A DNA stretch of 62,003 nucleotides, filler included, from Hausera hauseri (GCA_046269625.1; 10 parts of 10 records of this genome joined end to end with filler, not necessarily neighbours in it); one strand, 5' to 3'; counted from the first letter of the whole stretch, positions 25,401 through 39,288 are shown. Numbers and translations are program-made. Notes: generated by a model not told the origin, from the letters alone.

Positions 25401-28323
25401 AGAGCCATAAGTCATCATGGACAAATCTGTCATTACCATTGAGAAAGAGATTCCTGCTGTATTATATCGAACCCATACTAATGTATGGCTGCGAATCTTG
25501 GACACTGAGTAAAAAAATTAGAAAATTCTTAAAAAGCAACAGAGATGTGATTTCTCAGAAGAATGTTGAAAATCCCTTGGACCGCAAAGAGAACAAATGA
25601 AGATGTTTTACAAGAAGCAGATGCAGAAAGAACGCTTACCAGTAAGATCAGAAAGAAACAAACATCTATGATTGCCCATATTTTAAGAAGAGAAGGTCTG
25701 GAGAACTTGGTCACACCGGATGGCAAAGTGGATGGCAAAGAATGAAGTGTCTGGATGGTTTGCAAAATGGCTCAGAAGTAGGTCAACAGCAGAGATGACT
25801 GAGGACACCAGGAATAGCGAGAAATGACAGCCTACACTTCACAGCATGGCACCTGATGATGTTGTCACCATAATGCCAGGCTGCCTTTATTTTTCCAAAG
25901 AATTTCTCCGGTACCTATTTTTGAGGCTGGGTGGGCTTCCAGAGCCGTTTTGATAAAAAAAAAATCCAGTACCCACAGCAGGGATTTAATCCATGACCAC
26001 ATAATCAGCAGAAGAGTGCACTAACCACTACGCCATCGTGGCTCCCTTCCACTACTTTTATTGCCTGGTAATTTGCTTGTGGTGACCAACTTCTCCAGGC
26101 CTTCTTATCTTAAAACATGGCTAATCATAGATGTTTATTTCTTTCTGATTTTACTGATAAGCGTTCTTCCTGCATCTGATTCATGCAAAACATCTACATT
26201 TATTCTCCTGGCTGTCCATGGGATTTTAAACTTTCTTCTGATAAACGACGTCCCTGTCCCTGTTGCGTCCCTGTTGCTTTAAAGAATATTTCAATCTTTT
26301 ACTTAATGTCCATAATGTTCACAGCCATGTAGGAGTATTCTTATTCTTTCATTCATGTTGATCTATCTCTGCAGATGTGTCTCCCTGATGAGCTGCACTG
26401 TGTTCTGGAGCCATATATCTTTGTGTCTAGTGAAGTTTCTCTTGGCCAGTGAGTGTGCCTCAATGGATCATACTGGGTTCAGTTTTGGAGGATATGTTCC
26501 GCAGTCTGGGGTGACTGTCCACACATGCACAAGGCAGATTCACCTATTTTTTATTCTGTGTACATATGGCTGCAGAGTCGGTTGTCCTATTCTGAGGCGA
26601 AATATTGTGACTTGTTCATTTCTATCCAACATATGACAGGCATCTGATAATACTGAACATGATTTCTTGTGTTTCTTTATCATACTCTTCTTGTGGCCAT
26701 ACGTTATTGAGATGTTTGGTTGCTCCATTACAATATCGCCTTTGGCCAGAGTATCAGCTTTCTCATTTCCTGGAAATCCACAGTGGGATGGGATCCATTG
26801 CATAGTTACTCGTTAATGACTGCTAATTTTGGCCAGAGTGTCTTTCAGCTCTGTCAGTTTTCTGCTCTCAAGGCTCTTCTAAGACCGATTTTGCATCTGA
26901 CAGGAATGTGAGCCAAACTTAGATCTTGAGATTTCCTCAGCTGCCGCAATAATTGCTCTGACTTCAGAATTGCAGTTATTACTGTGTTTTCCTGTTGGTT
27001 TGCTGACAGTACTGATATACAGGAGTATGGATTTGATATAACATTGTAGGACATGACTCTTTCTTAACTACAATGACAGATTTGTCATACACAATGTTTT
27101 TGGAATGCTATTTTTGCCCATGCAATTCTAATTTCTATGTCGCATATACCATCCGATGTTATGAGAGTTCAGAGACATTTCTGTTTTACTTTTGTCCTTT
27201 TTATCTTTATACTGACAGGTGGTTATTATTCTTAGAAACTGTGTTACTTTTTTGTATAAAGACAGAGTCCTTTCCATTTACTCTCAATTACTATGTTTAG
27301 CATCTCTCATTCACTGGTATAGTGTAAATTATTTTAACTGTATCCTCCAACTTTTAATCTGGGCATCATCTGCAATTGATCTCATTATGCTTTCACTGTA
27401 CATGTGTTCTATCACCAGACCGACCTGTTCTCTCTGACTGCAAGTTATCAGCCCTGAGATGAGGGCCAGAATGGCTTGCCAAGGGCCCTCACAAAACTCA
27501 CACTATTTGTTTAATCTGTTTAAGTAGCACGAGAAGAAGAACCTGTATATAAGGAGAAATGTAATGCCAGGCATGAACAAGATGGATGTTACTTGTTATT
27601 TATCTCCACATCACCGAGTGTCTGCTCATCTGGATGAGCCCTGATAAGGGCATAGTCCTAAGAAGGATCCTGGAGTAGTTGAGAATTCCTGTTGTCTCAG
27701 TGGTGTCTAGGAGGGTGGATCGAGGTCCTCTGGCTTTAGTGCAATGCTTGGCCTCCTAAAAGTGACCCACCTCTCAAATGGACCATGACGTTACAGCAAG
27801 CAAGTCTAAGTGGAAAAAACATTTATACAACAAGAAGGAAAAGGAATATAAAATGTATATGACAGTCACAAAGAAAACTAACCGACAAGACAAATCAGTC
27901 CTCAGTTTGGAATCATTTAGAATAAAAAAAAGAACACATAAAGAATCTGGAACAAAACTGCTGGAAAAACACACAAGAAAAAAAAAAGGAATATTTTGTG
28001 AGGACATAAAAACAGCTTATGCGTCATAAAGAATGTATCAGTCTGATTGGAGACATCAGGTAACACAAGATCTTTAAGCTCCTGATAACAAATATTGTGA
28101 GAACTTAAATAGTAACAATGACAGTAAAACTAATAAATCTAATGTGGCTGTCATGACACATTATGATGATGTCTACAATAATGAAAGATCTTACACTTCA
28201 GGATCGTCAATCTCCAAACCCTCAGAAAACTCCTTAGCCTCCTCAGTTGTTCGGGGAATACCACGTGATGGTGGATAAACGTGCACTGGACCTCCATTTA
28301 CTGGTAATGAAGGAAACAGGATC
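22462..28323 (-). CDS. ALS2: Alsin (ALS2-like) C-terminal region; exons 28195-28323, 23791-23967, 22462-22507
   Basis: Spliced peptide ILFPSLP...DDPEVEVFTSASLLYPIFLPKIYPPLFDLYALYNEKSDDRYWERVTKLNRQSDMGLMAYLGIEQRFW matches alsin (LLPRLYPPLFMLYAL...YWECVLRLNKQPD). GT-AG borders and phases are consistent. Confidence 0.88.
22980..23640 (-). mobile_element. Non-LTR retrotransposon RNase H fragment
   Basis: FIFVHVHAGVTGDKHADSL resembles (W/F).PGHAG..GNE.AD.L; degenerate. Confidence 0.6.
24150..24450 (+). mobile_element. tRNA-derived SINE with 29-bp x3 tandem tail (24366-24449)
   Basis: Box B GGTTCAATCCC; AAGTCTTTAAAGTGTGGATGGGGCC repeated three times. Confidence 0.6.
24500..24950 (-). mobile_element. 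RTE-type LINE 3' fragment
   Basis: YKSNVHTVLLYGSETW. Confidence 0.7.
25400..25860 (+). mobile_element. RTE-type LINE 3' fragment; related inverted copy at ~26050-26340
   Basis: LMYGCESW...RRMLKIPWTAKRTNEDVL...HILRREGLENLV. Confidence 0.75.
25866..26045 (-). mobile_element. tRNA-derived SINE; related copies at ~28980-29110 and ~32345-32410
   Basis: Head GGAGCCACGATGGCGTAGTGGTTAGTGCAC; shared body AGGTACC.GAGAAATT..TTG.AAAATAAA.GCAGCCTGGCATTATG. Confidence 0.7.
26340..26900 (-). mobile_element. Non-LTR retrotransposon RNase H plus C-terminal fragment
   Basis: QWIPSHCGFPGNEKADTLAK and QVTIFRLRIG. Confidence 0.8.
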
Positions 28324-29697
28324 CTATGGTAGTTAAAGAAATGAATTCAAATTAAAAGATTTTAAAAAATAAAGGAAGGTTGACGGAAGGCAAAGAACAA
28401 AAAAACAAAATGGAAAAAAAAACAAAGCAAATAATTGTAGTAAACTGATATTTTGTGAACAAATACAAAATGTAACAATACTGGATGGAGGAAATGTATA
28501 TTAAAAAAACAAAAAAAAACATCTAGGACATAATATTTGTTCATTTGTTTCAGATTTTTCCAATTACCATTGATGACATTTTGCAGATACAAGGACAGCT
28601 CAATTTCTGCCTGCCGCTTGGCCTTTTTGTCCTCTGACAATTCACCAAGAAATATTTATTTGCGAATGCAGTTACAATCCTTTCTGCTCACATATTCCAA
28701 CACTATATGTCTTCTATTATGAAATACTGCTAAAAAAAGATGGTAGCCTGACAACACTTGTGCGACTCATTCTCGCCATTTAATGTATGTATTTGTGTGA
28801 ATCTCATGTAACATGTTTAAGGACTGTCAATCACCACAGGATTAGTGCTTTGGGAGGAACTGAAAAAGTGACACGAAAGCCTATGGACCTTTCCAGAATG
28901 GAAATGATTTTCACAAATGATAGACATATAACAAAGCTGCGATAGAGTACAGGATTGTGCACTCACTTGCTAATAATAAGATCATAGGTTTTACTCCAGG
29001 TAGGGAACTTATCCAACCAAAATAGCTACACAGTCCATCAAGCCTAAAAAAATTAGGTACCAGAGAAATTTTCTTTGAAAATAAAAGCAGCCTGGCATTA
29101 TGTTGATCATATTATNNNNNNNNNNNNNNNNNNNNNNNNNNNNNNNNNNNNNNNNNNNNTTAATTAATTAANNNNNNNNNNNNNNNNNNNNNNNNNNNNN
29201 NNNNNNNNNNNNNNNATTTGATATATAAAATGGCTACAAGTCAAACACCCGATCATACTGCGTATTGTGAATTATATGGAAAATAATAAAAAATACCATC
29301 AGCTTTTAAGTCATTTAAAATTAAAAGCACGTAATGATAAATTAAATAATTATAATGTTTTTAGTTGAAATGGGAAACTTCGTTCACAGGTATCTCTTGC
29401 AAAAAATTTTGTGTGAAATTCGTCAACTTCTGATAACCATATTTTTCTGCCTGTCTCATCATAACTTCAAAAAATATTCCTTATGATTTTCTGAACTAAA
29501 CTTCTTTTTACGATAAATACAAAAAAAATCTGGCATATTAAAATATTCTCAGAATGACAAATCAAAACTTCCTAAAATCGCTATGAAAAGCAAAATGGAG
29601 AATAGAAATTTTTTAAATTCGAAAAGTTAAACTTTATTGTATTATTAAAACAATCAAAAAATATCTATATGTTCAATTGATTCTTATTCACCCCATA

Positions 29698-31107
29698 TCA
29701 GTGCATTCCGTAACATTTATGATTCATCACTGACTGAATGAAAAGCAATTGATACTCACTCCAATCTAGTGCAGCAAATTTCGACTTAAATGATTTCGAA
29801 ATAACCACTTCATTCGGTATATCAATGTAATTGCGTAGGGGTGGAGAAAAATAATAATCCACTTTTAGAAACTCTTCATCGATTCGATCGTTTTCTGTTG
29901 CGTTTCCATATTCTGCTTGTAATGCTAATCCAGCCAAATACTGAGCTTCCGACAAATCTAGTGGAGGGCAATTTCGATAGAGTATATCTTGTCGAAGTTG
30001 AAGATAGAGAAGTTTCTGATTAAACTGTTGCATTTCACAAAATGAATCTTTATTTGGATAAAATTTCATGATGTAGTAAATATGAAGGTATTTATCGTCG
30101 TTACTATCTGGATGTGTTCTTTGCCGTTAAATAAGATATTGAGATAATTTCTGTACATTGGTATCATCGGTAGTAAAAAAGAATTCGTAATCAAGTTTTA
30201 TGGCGAATCCGAAATTCACGAACTCCAAATCTGGATAAGACATTTGAGTCAGACTGATAATATTGCTGATTGTGTGGCGTTTGTTGACGCTTGTTATATG
30301 TAAGGATGTACCATTCAGAAAATGTACGAGCAGTTCAGTATGTATCAGTCGATTACTGTTTGATTTTACAAACATCGACTTCTTGCGTTGCTTGCTCAAC
30401 GTTGCATAGGATATTTCATTTTTCCGAATGAGGATTTCGGGACCCAGCACATGCCTCATACTATCCAATCTGGCTGTAGTTGATTTTTTGCCTGATTTCA
30501 ATTGAGCAAGTTGTTCTTTCAAGCCGAATGAATGATTTAGAACATGATGGTCCAAGGATTCATTGTTATTGGCATTCACGTTTGAAGATTTGATCGGCCC
30601 ATTAAGTCTAGATTTTCGTCTGGCTCGAACACGTTCCAAAGTAGCGGTTATGTTTTCTTTGCTGAACTTTGCCAATGAGTCTAACGAGGTCAACATTAGA
30701 TTTTCATAATTTGCTTTGAACAATGGCTGTTTTGCAGCATCTCTGTCATTGTCACTTTGGGGTAGGGAGAATGATGACGATGAATTTTGATGGCTTGAAG
30801 CGCTAGAGCTGGTATCAAACAGTTGAAATTGGTGAGGCAGAAATTGTTTACCTGTAACACCAATGCAAGCAAACGAACTTTGTAATCCATCACTGTGTCG
30901 AACTGCACTTTTACCAACAGCAGATAGACTTCTCGGTCTAACCTTTTTCGGCCTTTTTTCTGCTAATTCATAATATTGGTAGAGGTTCATTAAGTAGTAT
31001 CCATAAGACCTTCCGACAGTGTATGTTTTAGCCTTGTTGGAACATATCTGCAGTAATTCCGATAGTGTTAGTCTATTGTCAGCATTACTCTCCGTCATTT
31101 GACGCAA
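29698..31107 (-). pseudogene. PTPN13/FRMPD2-like KIND-end plus FERM domain gene, with in-frame stops at 30127 and 29698
   Basis: MTE....RLTLSELLQICS (KIND end); LGPEI; VHFLNG; FGFA....EFFF; KFY; LYLQLRQDIL; LAGLALQAEYG; YGMH. Confidence 0.75.
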
Positions 31108-31469
31108 ACACAGAGAAAGTATGTTGCTGATTAATGGATATTGACTCTAAACAAAGAATTCTTCATTGCAAATACAGATTACACAGATAATTATTAATTT
31201 CTTCTGTGTAACATTGAACTTAACAATAAAAAATAAAAACGTCAATCTATCATACAATCATAATACGTATTTGAAAAAAATATTCAAAAAAAATTTTTTT
31301 AAATAAAAAATAATTTCCAAAAAAAATATAAAATGACTATAAAGTTATTTCCAATTTGACATTTCACACTCACAAGATAGAATAATTTTATCAGAATTCC
31401 ATGTTTTATGAATTTCAACAATCACAAATTTATTTCCATTAAAGACTATTCCAAAATCCTTTACGAACT

Positions 31470-31990
31470 TCAACCGATCAAACAAATAAAAACAACCGTA
31501 CTAAAATTACCTGAATATTTATTCGTCAATGGGCCCAACATATCGTCATTTTCATCATCAAAGTCGGATTTCCGTCTCATATTACCAGATTTCCACGTCT
31601 TACCCAGATTCAACTCGTCATCGTTTTTCGGACCCGGTGATTTTCTAGCACCAGGCTGCCATCCGCTGTCTCCAAATGACTTTCTTGACAAACTCGGATT
31701 TACCGACGATCGAAATGACGTCGAATAATCCAAGTCTATTTCAATTTAGTCCACATTAACAAATGGTAAACATTTTCAAAATGACCTTCACCATCGTCAA
31801 CTGCTATGTCAGAATCTGTGTCGATTGATTTCGGCGTAGGAGTGCGTCGCCTTGAAACTTTCGATTCCAGTTCTTTTTGAAAATCATTTTTTGGTTTTTC
31901 TGCAGTATTTTTAGTCTTCATAAAACGATTTCGACTGGTATTATCCATTTCAACATCGTCATCGTCACTATCGTCCAAAAGACTTGGTTT
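31470..31990 (-). CDS. Probable host exons of a low-complexity charged protein, with a ~50-nt intron near 31736-31786
   Basis: Two adjacent ORF segments separated by GT...AG; no recognisable domain. Confidence 0.4.
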
Positions 31991-32959
31991 ATTTAATTTG
32001 TGCATTAGAAAAATAAATATCAATGAATTATGTCAAATATTTACATTTTGGCTGCACTGCCTAAGGGCGTTGGCGAGCATGTCTCTCCACATCTTAGGGT
32101 GTATGGTTAGCGGCGATCAAAGGTAGATTTCTTATTCTTCTTCATACGCTTTCAGAGGTTAGGAGGAGATAATAATATTTTGTATTGATAGTAGAGGTTG
32201 TTGGAGAGGGAGACAATTCCTCCTCGTTCAGTTTTTATTTCTTATGGTCAGAGTTTAGACAAATAGTGCCCTCTACGAAGCTGGTCGTCAGTGACTGTCC
32301 CAAGATTTTTCTTCCATGGTGTTTTTTGTGCCGGCCAGGCCTAGGGAGCCACAGTGGCATAGTGTTATTGCACGTGTCTCCCAAGTGCATGGTCATAGGT
32401 TCAATCCCAGATGACGCCACAGGATGGAGGAGGTATATAGGTAAATAATTAGGTGGGCAAGCTGAAATAATAGTGGGTAACAGGTGTTCAGTGGTTAATT
32501 GAATATTCAAGGGAATTAATTAGGCGAACAGATTGAGAGATAATAGGGGATAACAAGTGTTCATTGACGTCACAGATGACGACAGGGCGACGTCCCGATA
32601 ACGGCATAGGATGTAGGAAAATCATATAGGAAAATAATTAGGCTAATAATCTGAGATAATAGTGGGTAACAGGTGTTCAGTGGTTAATTGAGTATTCGGG
32701 GAGAGAGATGATGTGTAGATGAGTTTGATATTGGGTGGCGTAGTAACAACCGTATAAGTCTTATAGGAAAAAATATATACATATAACTCTTTAGGACATT
32801 CTTCCTTATTTCTAATGTTATTACAAAGGATATTTCGGCCATGTAGTATGGCTAACGTAGGAGATTTTTTTTATGCTCTGGGGAGTTAGATAGTCTGCTA
32901 TAGGTATTCAATTGTTTTATTTTCTCGTATAAAAGTAACTATAGTTTTACACGACTTTG

Positions 32960-33335
32960 TGTTAGAAACTCTTTCACCTCCCAGAGGTGCCCCACCTTGT
33001 AGTAGTTGGGAGGCTTGTGTGCCCCTGTGACCCCGAGAGCTAAGCTGGCGGTGGCTTGCTACCAGAAGGTTCAACCAAGCCAGACAGGTCAAAGGGTAGG
33101 GACCAGACTATGAGGGACCCACTGGTCCTCCAGGTTGGGGGTGGGTTGCAGGATTAGTCGCCCGGCATCGTAAAAACTATGACTACGAAAACCTCGAAAA
33201 GAACTCAAGAACCTACCGCCCTGGGAAAGGATGGGGCTTCTCCTAGGAGCAGTATGATGCCTGGTGGTGAAAGCCAGAACATTCTGGAAGCCAACAGACT
33301 ACAGATACAAAAAAGTTGGGCTACACCTGGAACCA
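32960..33335 (+). mobile_element. 5' end of an RTE-clade LINE
   Basis: 5' UTR pattern GGTCCTCCAGGTTGGGGG...CGTAAAAAC leading toward a TWN endonuclease start at the contig end. Confidence 0.5.
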
Positions 33336-33435
33336 NNNNNNNNNNNNNNNNNNNNNNNNNNNNNNNNNNNNNNNNNNNNTTAATTAATTAANNNNNNNNN
33401 NNNNNNNNNNNNNNNNNNNNNNNNNNNNNNNNNNN

Positions 33436-36400
33436 TAGAAACATTTCTCTTTGTTCAAACACATTAGTACATCGTACTAAGTGCAGCGTAATTGCGAGTA
33501 CACAGGCCAGTGGTCATGTAAGTCCAGCCTGATATACAGTAGGTCCGTGGGAAGACTTAACCTTCATGACCTTGCTGTCATCGGAATGTCGTCAGCGTTT
33601 AGCTGCCTTCTGTCTTACCAGCCTTTATCAAGCTATTTCCGATTTCAATTCGAAAATCTTTCAATGCCATGTATTTCACCTCCCCTATGCATCAAAGGTC
33701 TTATACAGCCACGCGTTATATACTGCTGTATCAATGATGTGATACAGTATTCTTATATATCATCTTCGGCTGCGCAAGCATGTCTGCTTTATCGACACCT
33801 CCATGTGAGTGTTGTATGCTTTGACGATCTCTGGTCTGTCGACTTTAATGTATTTTTCTCGGATTTATTCTATCTGCGACACTTAACGACCGAATCAGTT
33901 TCAATATATGACTATGCCAGCACCACCGCTTTATTGTCGAACCATTTGACTACATTTATATCGGAATGGTTCGCATATTTCACGTCAAACAAACCGCGGT
34001 CCCTTTTATTCAATTCTTTATCAGTCTACAGAGGACATAAAAGGAGAGTCAGGATTGATAACTTGTATTTTAAACCTCAAAAACATTCTGAGTAGTTGAT
34101 ATTTTGAGCACAAACAGAAAATATGTCCAAGAACTAAATGGTAGGCATTAAGTCGGAAAATTCAAATTGATAAATCAATTATCAATTATTAATTTTAAAC
34201 TTATAAGAACAGATAAGTGTATTCACATGGTTGGGATAATCTCACCGATCTGCTAACCCCTCTAGTGCAACCACATTAGGCGCTACATCACCCTATGGCA
34301 AAATGAAGATTATAAAGAAGGAAAAATAAACGTAGAATATCGTAAGGAAAGCTTGTACCTATTTGGTTTTGGTATCTGTCAGACGTTGGATTCCATCTAT
34401 GAACTCTCTACTGTAGGTGCTAAATGTCACTTCGTGTGACCTGTTAGATGTTGCTGGCGCTTGTGGAGTTGTTTGAGTTAGAGATGCTGTGGACTTTGCG
34501 ATGTTGTGGGAAGATGTTCCATGAAGAGGTAAAAGTGGAGAAGAAACTGAAGAGGAAAAAGATCACGCGAAAAAGGCGAAACTGGAGATGGAAGCGAAGT
34601 TGAAGTGAGTAGTAGATGTGCAGGCGATGACGGCGAAGTAGGTAGTGGAGGAGCAGTGGACGATGAGGGAAATGACAAGAACTGATTGTGACGCGATAGC
34701 GATAGCTGTAACGGATCAAAATCATCGAGGAAATTAGATGATAGTTCGATGGGAGAGAAGTTTGAGTTAGGATTTGAAACAGGGCTGTTATCCTGGTCAT
34801 CATCAACGAAGAATGCTGGCTTAAGATTAGAAATGTGTACATTTTGAGGTCTGTCCTTACGGAAAATAGCGGTGTGCGAAGAAAGGTTGGGTAGTTTATA
34901 AGGGCCAACATACTGAGTCCGAAAACCAGAGTGTAACGGATCCTTCAGCCACACAAACTTGGCTGAGTATAGGTCCTCTGGAATATACGATGTCTTTATT
35001 AATACGGAGGCGAAAGGCGTTTGATTTAACATCTACAAAGTGGGACTGTGCCGCACGAATAACTTCAGTTGACGGACTTTCATCGAGGTTGGAGAGCTCA
35101 AATAGGGCACGAATTGGTGTCCCAAAGGCAGCCTCAACTGGAGCACAACCTGTGGTTTTGGATGGCGTGTTGCGCCAACCGAGTGGGATAAGTGGAAGAA
35201 TTGAAGTTCACTTATGATTGTTTGCCAAGGTTTTCAAAGAAATCATGGTGCGGTGAAATCTCAAGAAGACCATTTGCTTGGGGATGGTACGGTGTTGTGT
35301 GGAAATGGGCCATTCCCAAGTGCTTTACGAGGGATTTGAAAAGGTCAGCTTCAAATTGCGGACCCTGGTCCGTTATAATGTGACGTGGTGAACCAAAGCT
35401 GCTGATCCATATTTTGATAGACATCTGCTACCGAATAGGTATTTGTTGATCGAAGAGGAAAGGCTTCCGGCCAGCGAGAAGCGCGATCCATCATAGATAA
35501 GATGTATTGATAACCGTTGTCGGATGGTAAGGGGCCGACAAGATTTAAATGAACGGTGTCAAAACGAGACGTACAAGGGAAGTGGTAAAGTGGTGGTTTG
35601 AGGTGTTTATGGACTTTATATTGCTGACATGCTACACATCCCTTAACCCAGCCTTGTACATCTGTACGCATAGTTGGCCATACAACGTGGCGTTGCAGTA
35701 AACGAAATGTGACTTTCGAACCCGGATGATGAAGCGAATGAAAGTGAGTGAAAGCTGTCTTCTGCAACGATGGAGCAAGAATGATTTTTTATTAGTCGAG
35801 TTGGATGTGTCGTAGGCGATGCTATCGATGATCTCAACAGATTTAAAAGCTTGGAGAATATCAAATGATGGCTGATTACTTCTCAGGATTTCAGAGAAAA
35901 TTGGCTGAACTGTAATTGAGCTGACCGACCGCGACAGAAAGTCTACTACTAAATTTTCGGTGCCCGAAATATATTTTATAAAAAAACTAAATGTCGACAG
36001 ATGATATCTGACGTTATTGTCTGGGTGATGGCTGTTTTAACGTCATGATATAAAGTAGAAGTTTATGGTCGGTTTGGATGACAAATTGACGTGAAAGAAG
36101 CAAATGCTTGAAATTCTTTACCTCTAGAACTATGGCCAGGATTTTACGATCGAATGTTGAGTATTGGCTTTCTGGATGCGTGAGCTTTCGGGAATAGAAT
36201 TCTAACGGCTCATCAACACCATTGTATATATGGTGTAATATCACACCAGTGGCTGTGGTAGAGGCATCGGCGGTTAGTATTAGTTCCGCGTTGGGTTTTG
36301 GAAAAGCCAGAATTTCAACGGTTTTCAGACCTTCACGAAGACGATCAAATTGGTTTATTAGATCAGAAGTCCAATGGATTAATTGTCTTTCCGGATGAGA

Positions 36401-38901
36401 GGTGTGCGAAAGGTGCCATTAGTTCGGAGCAGTGTGATACATTTGTGTACGAAATGCAGTGTCCCTAGAAAACTCCTCATGTCGGTAGTTGTAGTTGGTA
36501 ATGCCACATTTTCCAATTGTAAGCGATCAGGCGGGGGGAGGCGTTTAATGACCATCCGGAGTAATTACGTGTCCTAAAAAGTTGATGCGTTTCTGGAAGA
36601 AATTACATTTGGTGAAATTAATTTGTAGGTTGCTTTGATTCAATCTGTGGAAAATAAATCGGAGATGCTCATGATGTTTGATGGAGGTTGAAGCGACTAG
36701 TATGTCGTCTATATATGGATGAGCAAAATCAAGACCTGAGAGTACGGTGTCAATGTGGCGTTGAAAGGTCTGAGATGCATTACGTAGGCCGAAAGGGCAT
36801 GAAAACATATTCATAAAGGCCAAACGGTGTGATGACAGCAGTTTTTGTAATATCATGAGGTGCAACAGGAATTTGATGATAGGCCTTGTGCATATAAATG
36901 GTAGAATAAGTATTGGTGTTATTCAGTCTATGAAGGATGTCCTTAATGAGTAGTAGTGGATAGGCATCTGTAATAGTCAAGTTTAATTGACGGTAGTCGC
37001 CACAAGGCCTATAAGTACCATCTTTCTTTGCTACTACATGAAGAGGGGAAGCCCAAGGTGAATTTGATCTCCGAATGATGCCAGACTTTTCAAGTTCATT
37101 GAATTCCTGTTCCACAGCTTTACGTTTTATAAGAACAGATAAGTGTATTCACATTGTGGGGAAAATTCATGTGAAAATTCACCGATCTGCTAACCCCTCC
37201 AGTGCAACCACATTTCAGGCACTACAATCCCCTCAGTCGATTTTGTGCTATTGTCCCCACTACAAGAATTCCTTAAGTCTTGAGACTTTGCAGCAGTTCT
37301 TTTGAGGTGAACCAGTTGCCAAAATAGCATCGAAAATTCACACTGAATGGAAGCGTTTCAGTCAAACGCAGCATCACTGCTCCACCAACTCCTAAATTGT
37401 TCACTGCATCAACAGTATCATTACCCATGTAAACCAGAAAATCATATACTAACTTTTATGTCCCACTTATGAGGCTTGCTCTTTATATATTGTTTCATTC
37501 CATTTCTAACCTTGAGTGGTATCATTTGTTCATCAATAGAATGCAAAGGTACTGGTTCAATGTTCAATCAATTCTGATGAAACTGGTCAATCAATGGACG
37601 AACTTTAAAAAGGATGTAACCATCTTCATCTTTAAAATTAGTGTTGTCGTTCTTAAGAATGTAAGTTCGTAGATTGTCAAATCGTGTCCTGTACGTCACA
37701 TTTGCAATGTTACTGATATGACAAGCCGGAGACCAAGTACATTCTGCACCTTGGCACCCTAAAGATTGACGTGAACAACTGCATTACGATGAACTGTTCA
37801 CTCATCAGCGGTGCATCGCAGGACTATTCCTTTCTGCATAGATATTAGTTTGTAGCAGTGTGTTCAGACATCCCTCGATCAAAAAACATTCTAAAATATT
37901 CATATGAACTTGTGGCGTCTGGTGGTTGAGAGAATGGCTGCCCACGAAATTCAAAATGCGCTTCACGTCTTGTCATTTCTTTGACAACTCCAACGATAAA
38001 CCTTCTTAGCTACTGCACGAGAAGTATTGATGTCACCATCGTCATGTAAAGAATCATTTTCAACATCACCTGTTTCAGTGCTTACTTCAACACCCCCACG
38101 ACTCTGAACTTTCACCACGAGTCTTGTTCGACGACGCTGGAGTCTGGATTCTTTATTTTATGATTCTGACTTAACACTCGACTGTGCACTCGATGTCTCT
38201 GGCACAAAATCTTCATCCGATTTTTAGTGTCATGAAATTCATGTGCATTTTCAATATCTGATACTGTGTCATCTGGAATGTAAACAAGATACAAAACTTC
38301 ATCCATACTATAATAATTTCTTGAACTCGTCGCAACTCTGTCAAGTGAATCTGAAAACATAAACAAGCAAAATTAATAAAACAACAAGAAAATGTCTACA
38401 TTATATGCACATTCTTGATTACACACCGCACACCACACACAATATAGTTTGCATGATAATTAGGCTGCACAGTGCACATGTACACTTATATGGTCGTACT
38501 TTGCCTTATGAGCCAAATGTTTCAAATTTGCAAAGTTACTTTTATCGCCTTTTTAGCTCTAATAAATATAAAATTCCTTCACAACTAATGAATGATTATT
38601 CGTCTAACATCGTTTATTCACCATTTTAGCTAATGAAAATAAAATTTTCGAACCCTGAGATTAGATAGAAATCGTCAATGTGTACGCATTATCTACTGAG
38701 AAAGTAAACATTCATATGGCGTCAGCTGATCAAATGTCACAAGCTGAGCATAGAATTTGGCAGCAAAGAACTGTTGTAATAGTGCAACACGTCCCCAAAG
38801 GGCATAGAAACACACGTAGGCTCAAAACTAGATGACTGCAAACTGTTATTAAATTATAAATAACAGTTGCAAATTTGCAACTTCTGACCCCATAGGGTTA
38901 A
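33436..38901 (-). mobile_element. Degenerate piggyBac transposon split by a Gypsy insertion (parts 37227-38897 and 33436-34037)
   Basis: TTAA|CCC terminus at 38895-38901; KVRPLI, DEQMIP, KPHKW, NWFTS, GT..QNRLRG|CPL, KW.DNK, RPEIVKAYN.HM; Cys-rich C-terminus (HWP...CLNKEKCF). Confidence 0.8.
34038..37226 (-). mobile_element. Internally deleted CsRN1-like Gypsy element (partial 5' LTR 37127-37226, RT-RH-IN, 3' LTR ~34038-34287)
   Basis: SPWASPLHVV, PCGDYRQLN, YIDD, TADAS, TDQGPQFE, PYHPQANG; both LTR copies start TGTAG and share ~90 bp. Confidence 0.88.
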
Positions 38902-39288
38902 ATGGTGTGTTTAATTCAGAATGATTGTGACAATATTAATGTAAATGATTCTGAATGTTTGTTTATCGGTACTATGTAGGTTGATAAATGTCGCGCGGAT
39001 GTATTTTTAAATAATACATATTTAATTAATTCCGTTTTTCGACGACATGTGCGGATTAACGTAACTGTAGTAGGAAAAAAACACAGGTCTCAACTTGCGT
39101 GGGAAAAAATTGCAGCGAATTAGGGAGTGAAGGCTATAAATGCTGAATTCCGCGTGCTGTAAAACTTTTCGCTTCTAAATGCTCATAAGGGGGAAAAGAG
39201 CAGCGCTGAATCACATGCTATATGACATCAAGTCCAGCCACAGGAGAAAGGGAAAATTTATGTCTTCTCTATTTTGCAATCAATCAAG

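Noticed and set aside
28560-28640. Extra ALS2 exon (EDKKAKRQAEIELSLYLQNVIN)
   Set aside because: Donor phase does not match the next exon and similarity is weak.
33481-34095. 204-aa plus-strand ORF and similar shadow ORFs (16189-16578, 53383-53676, 54851-55282)
   Set aside because: Antisense or off-frame to recognisable transposon or viral sequence, with no motifs of their own.
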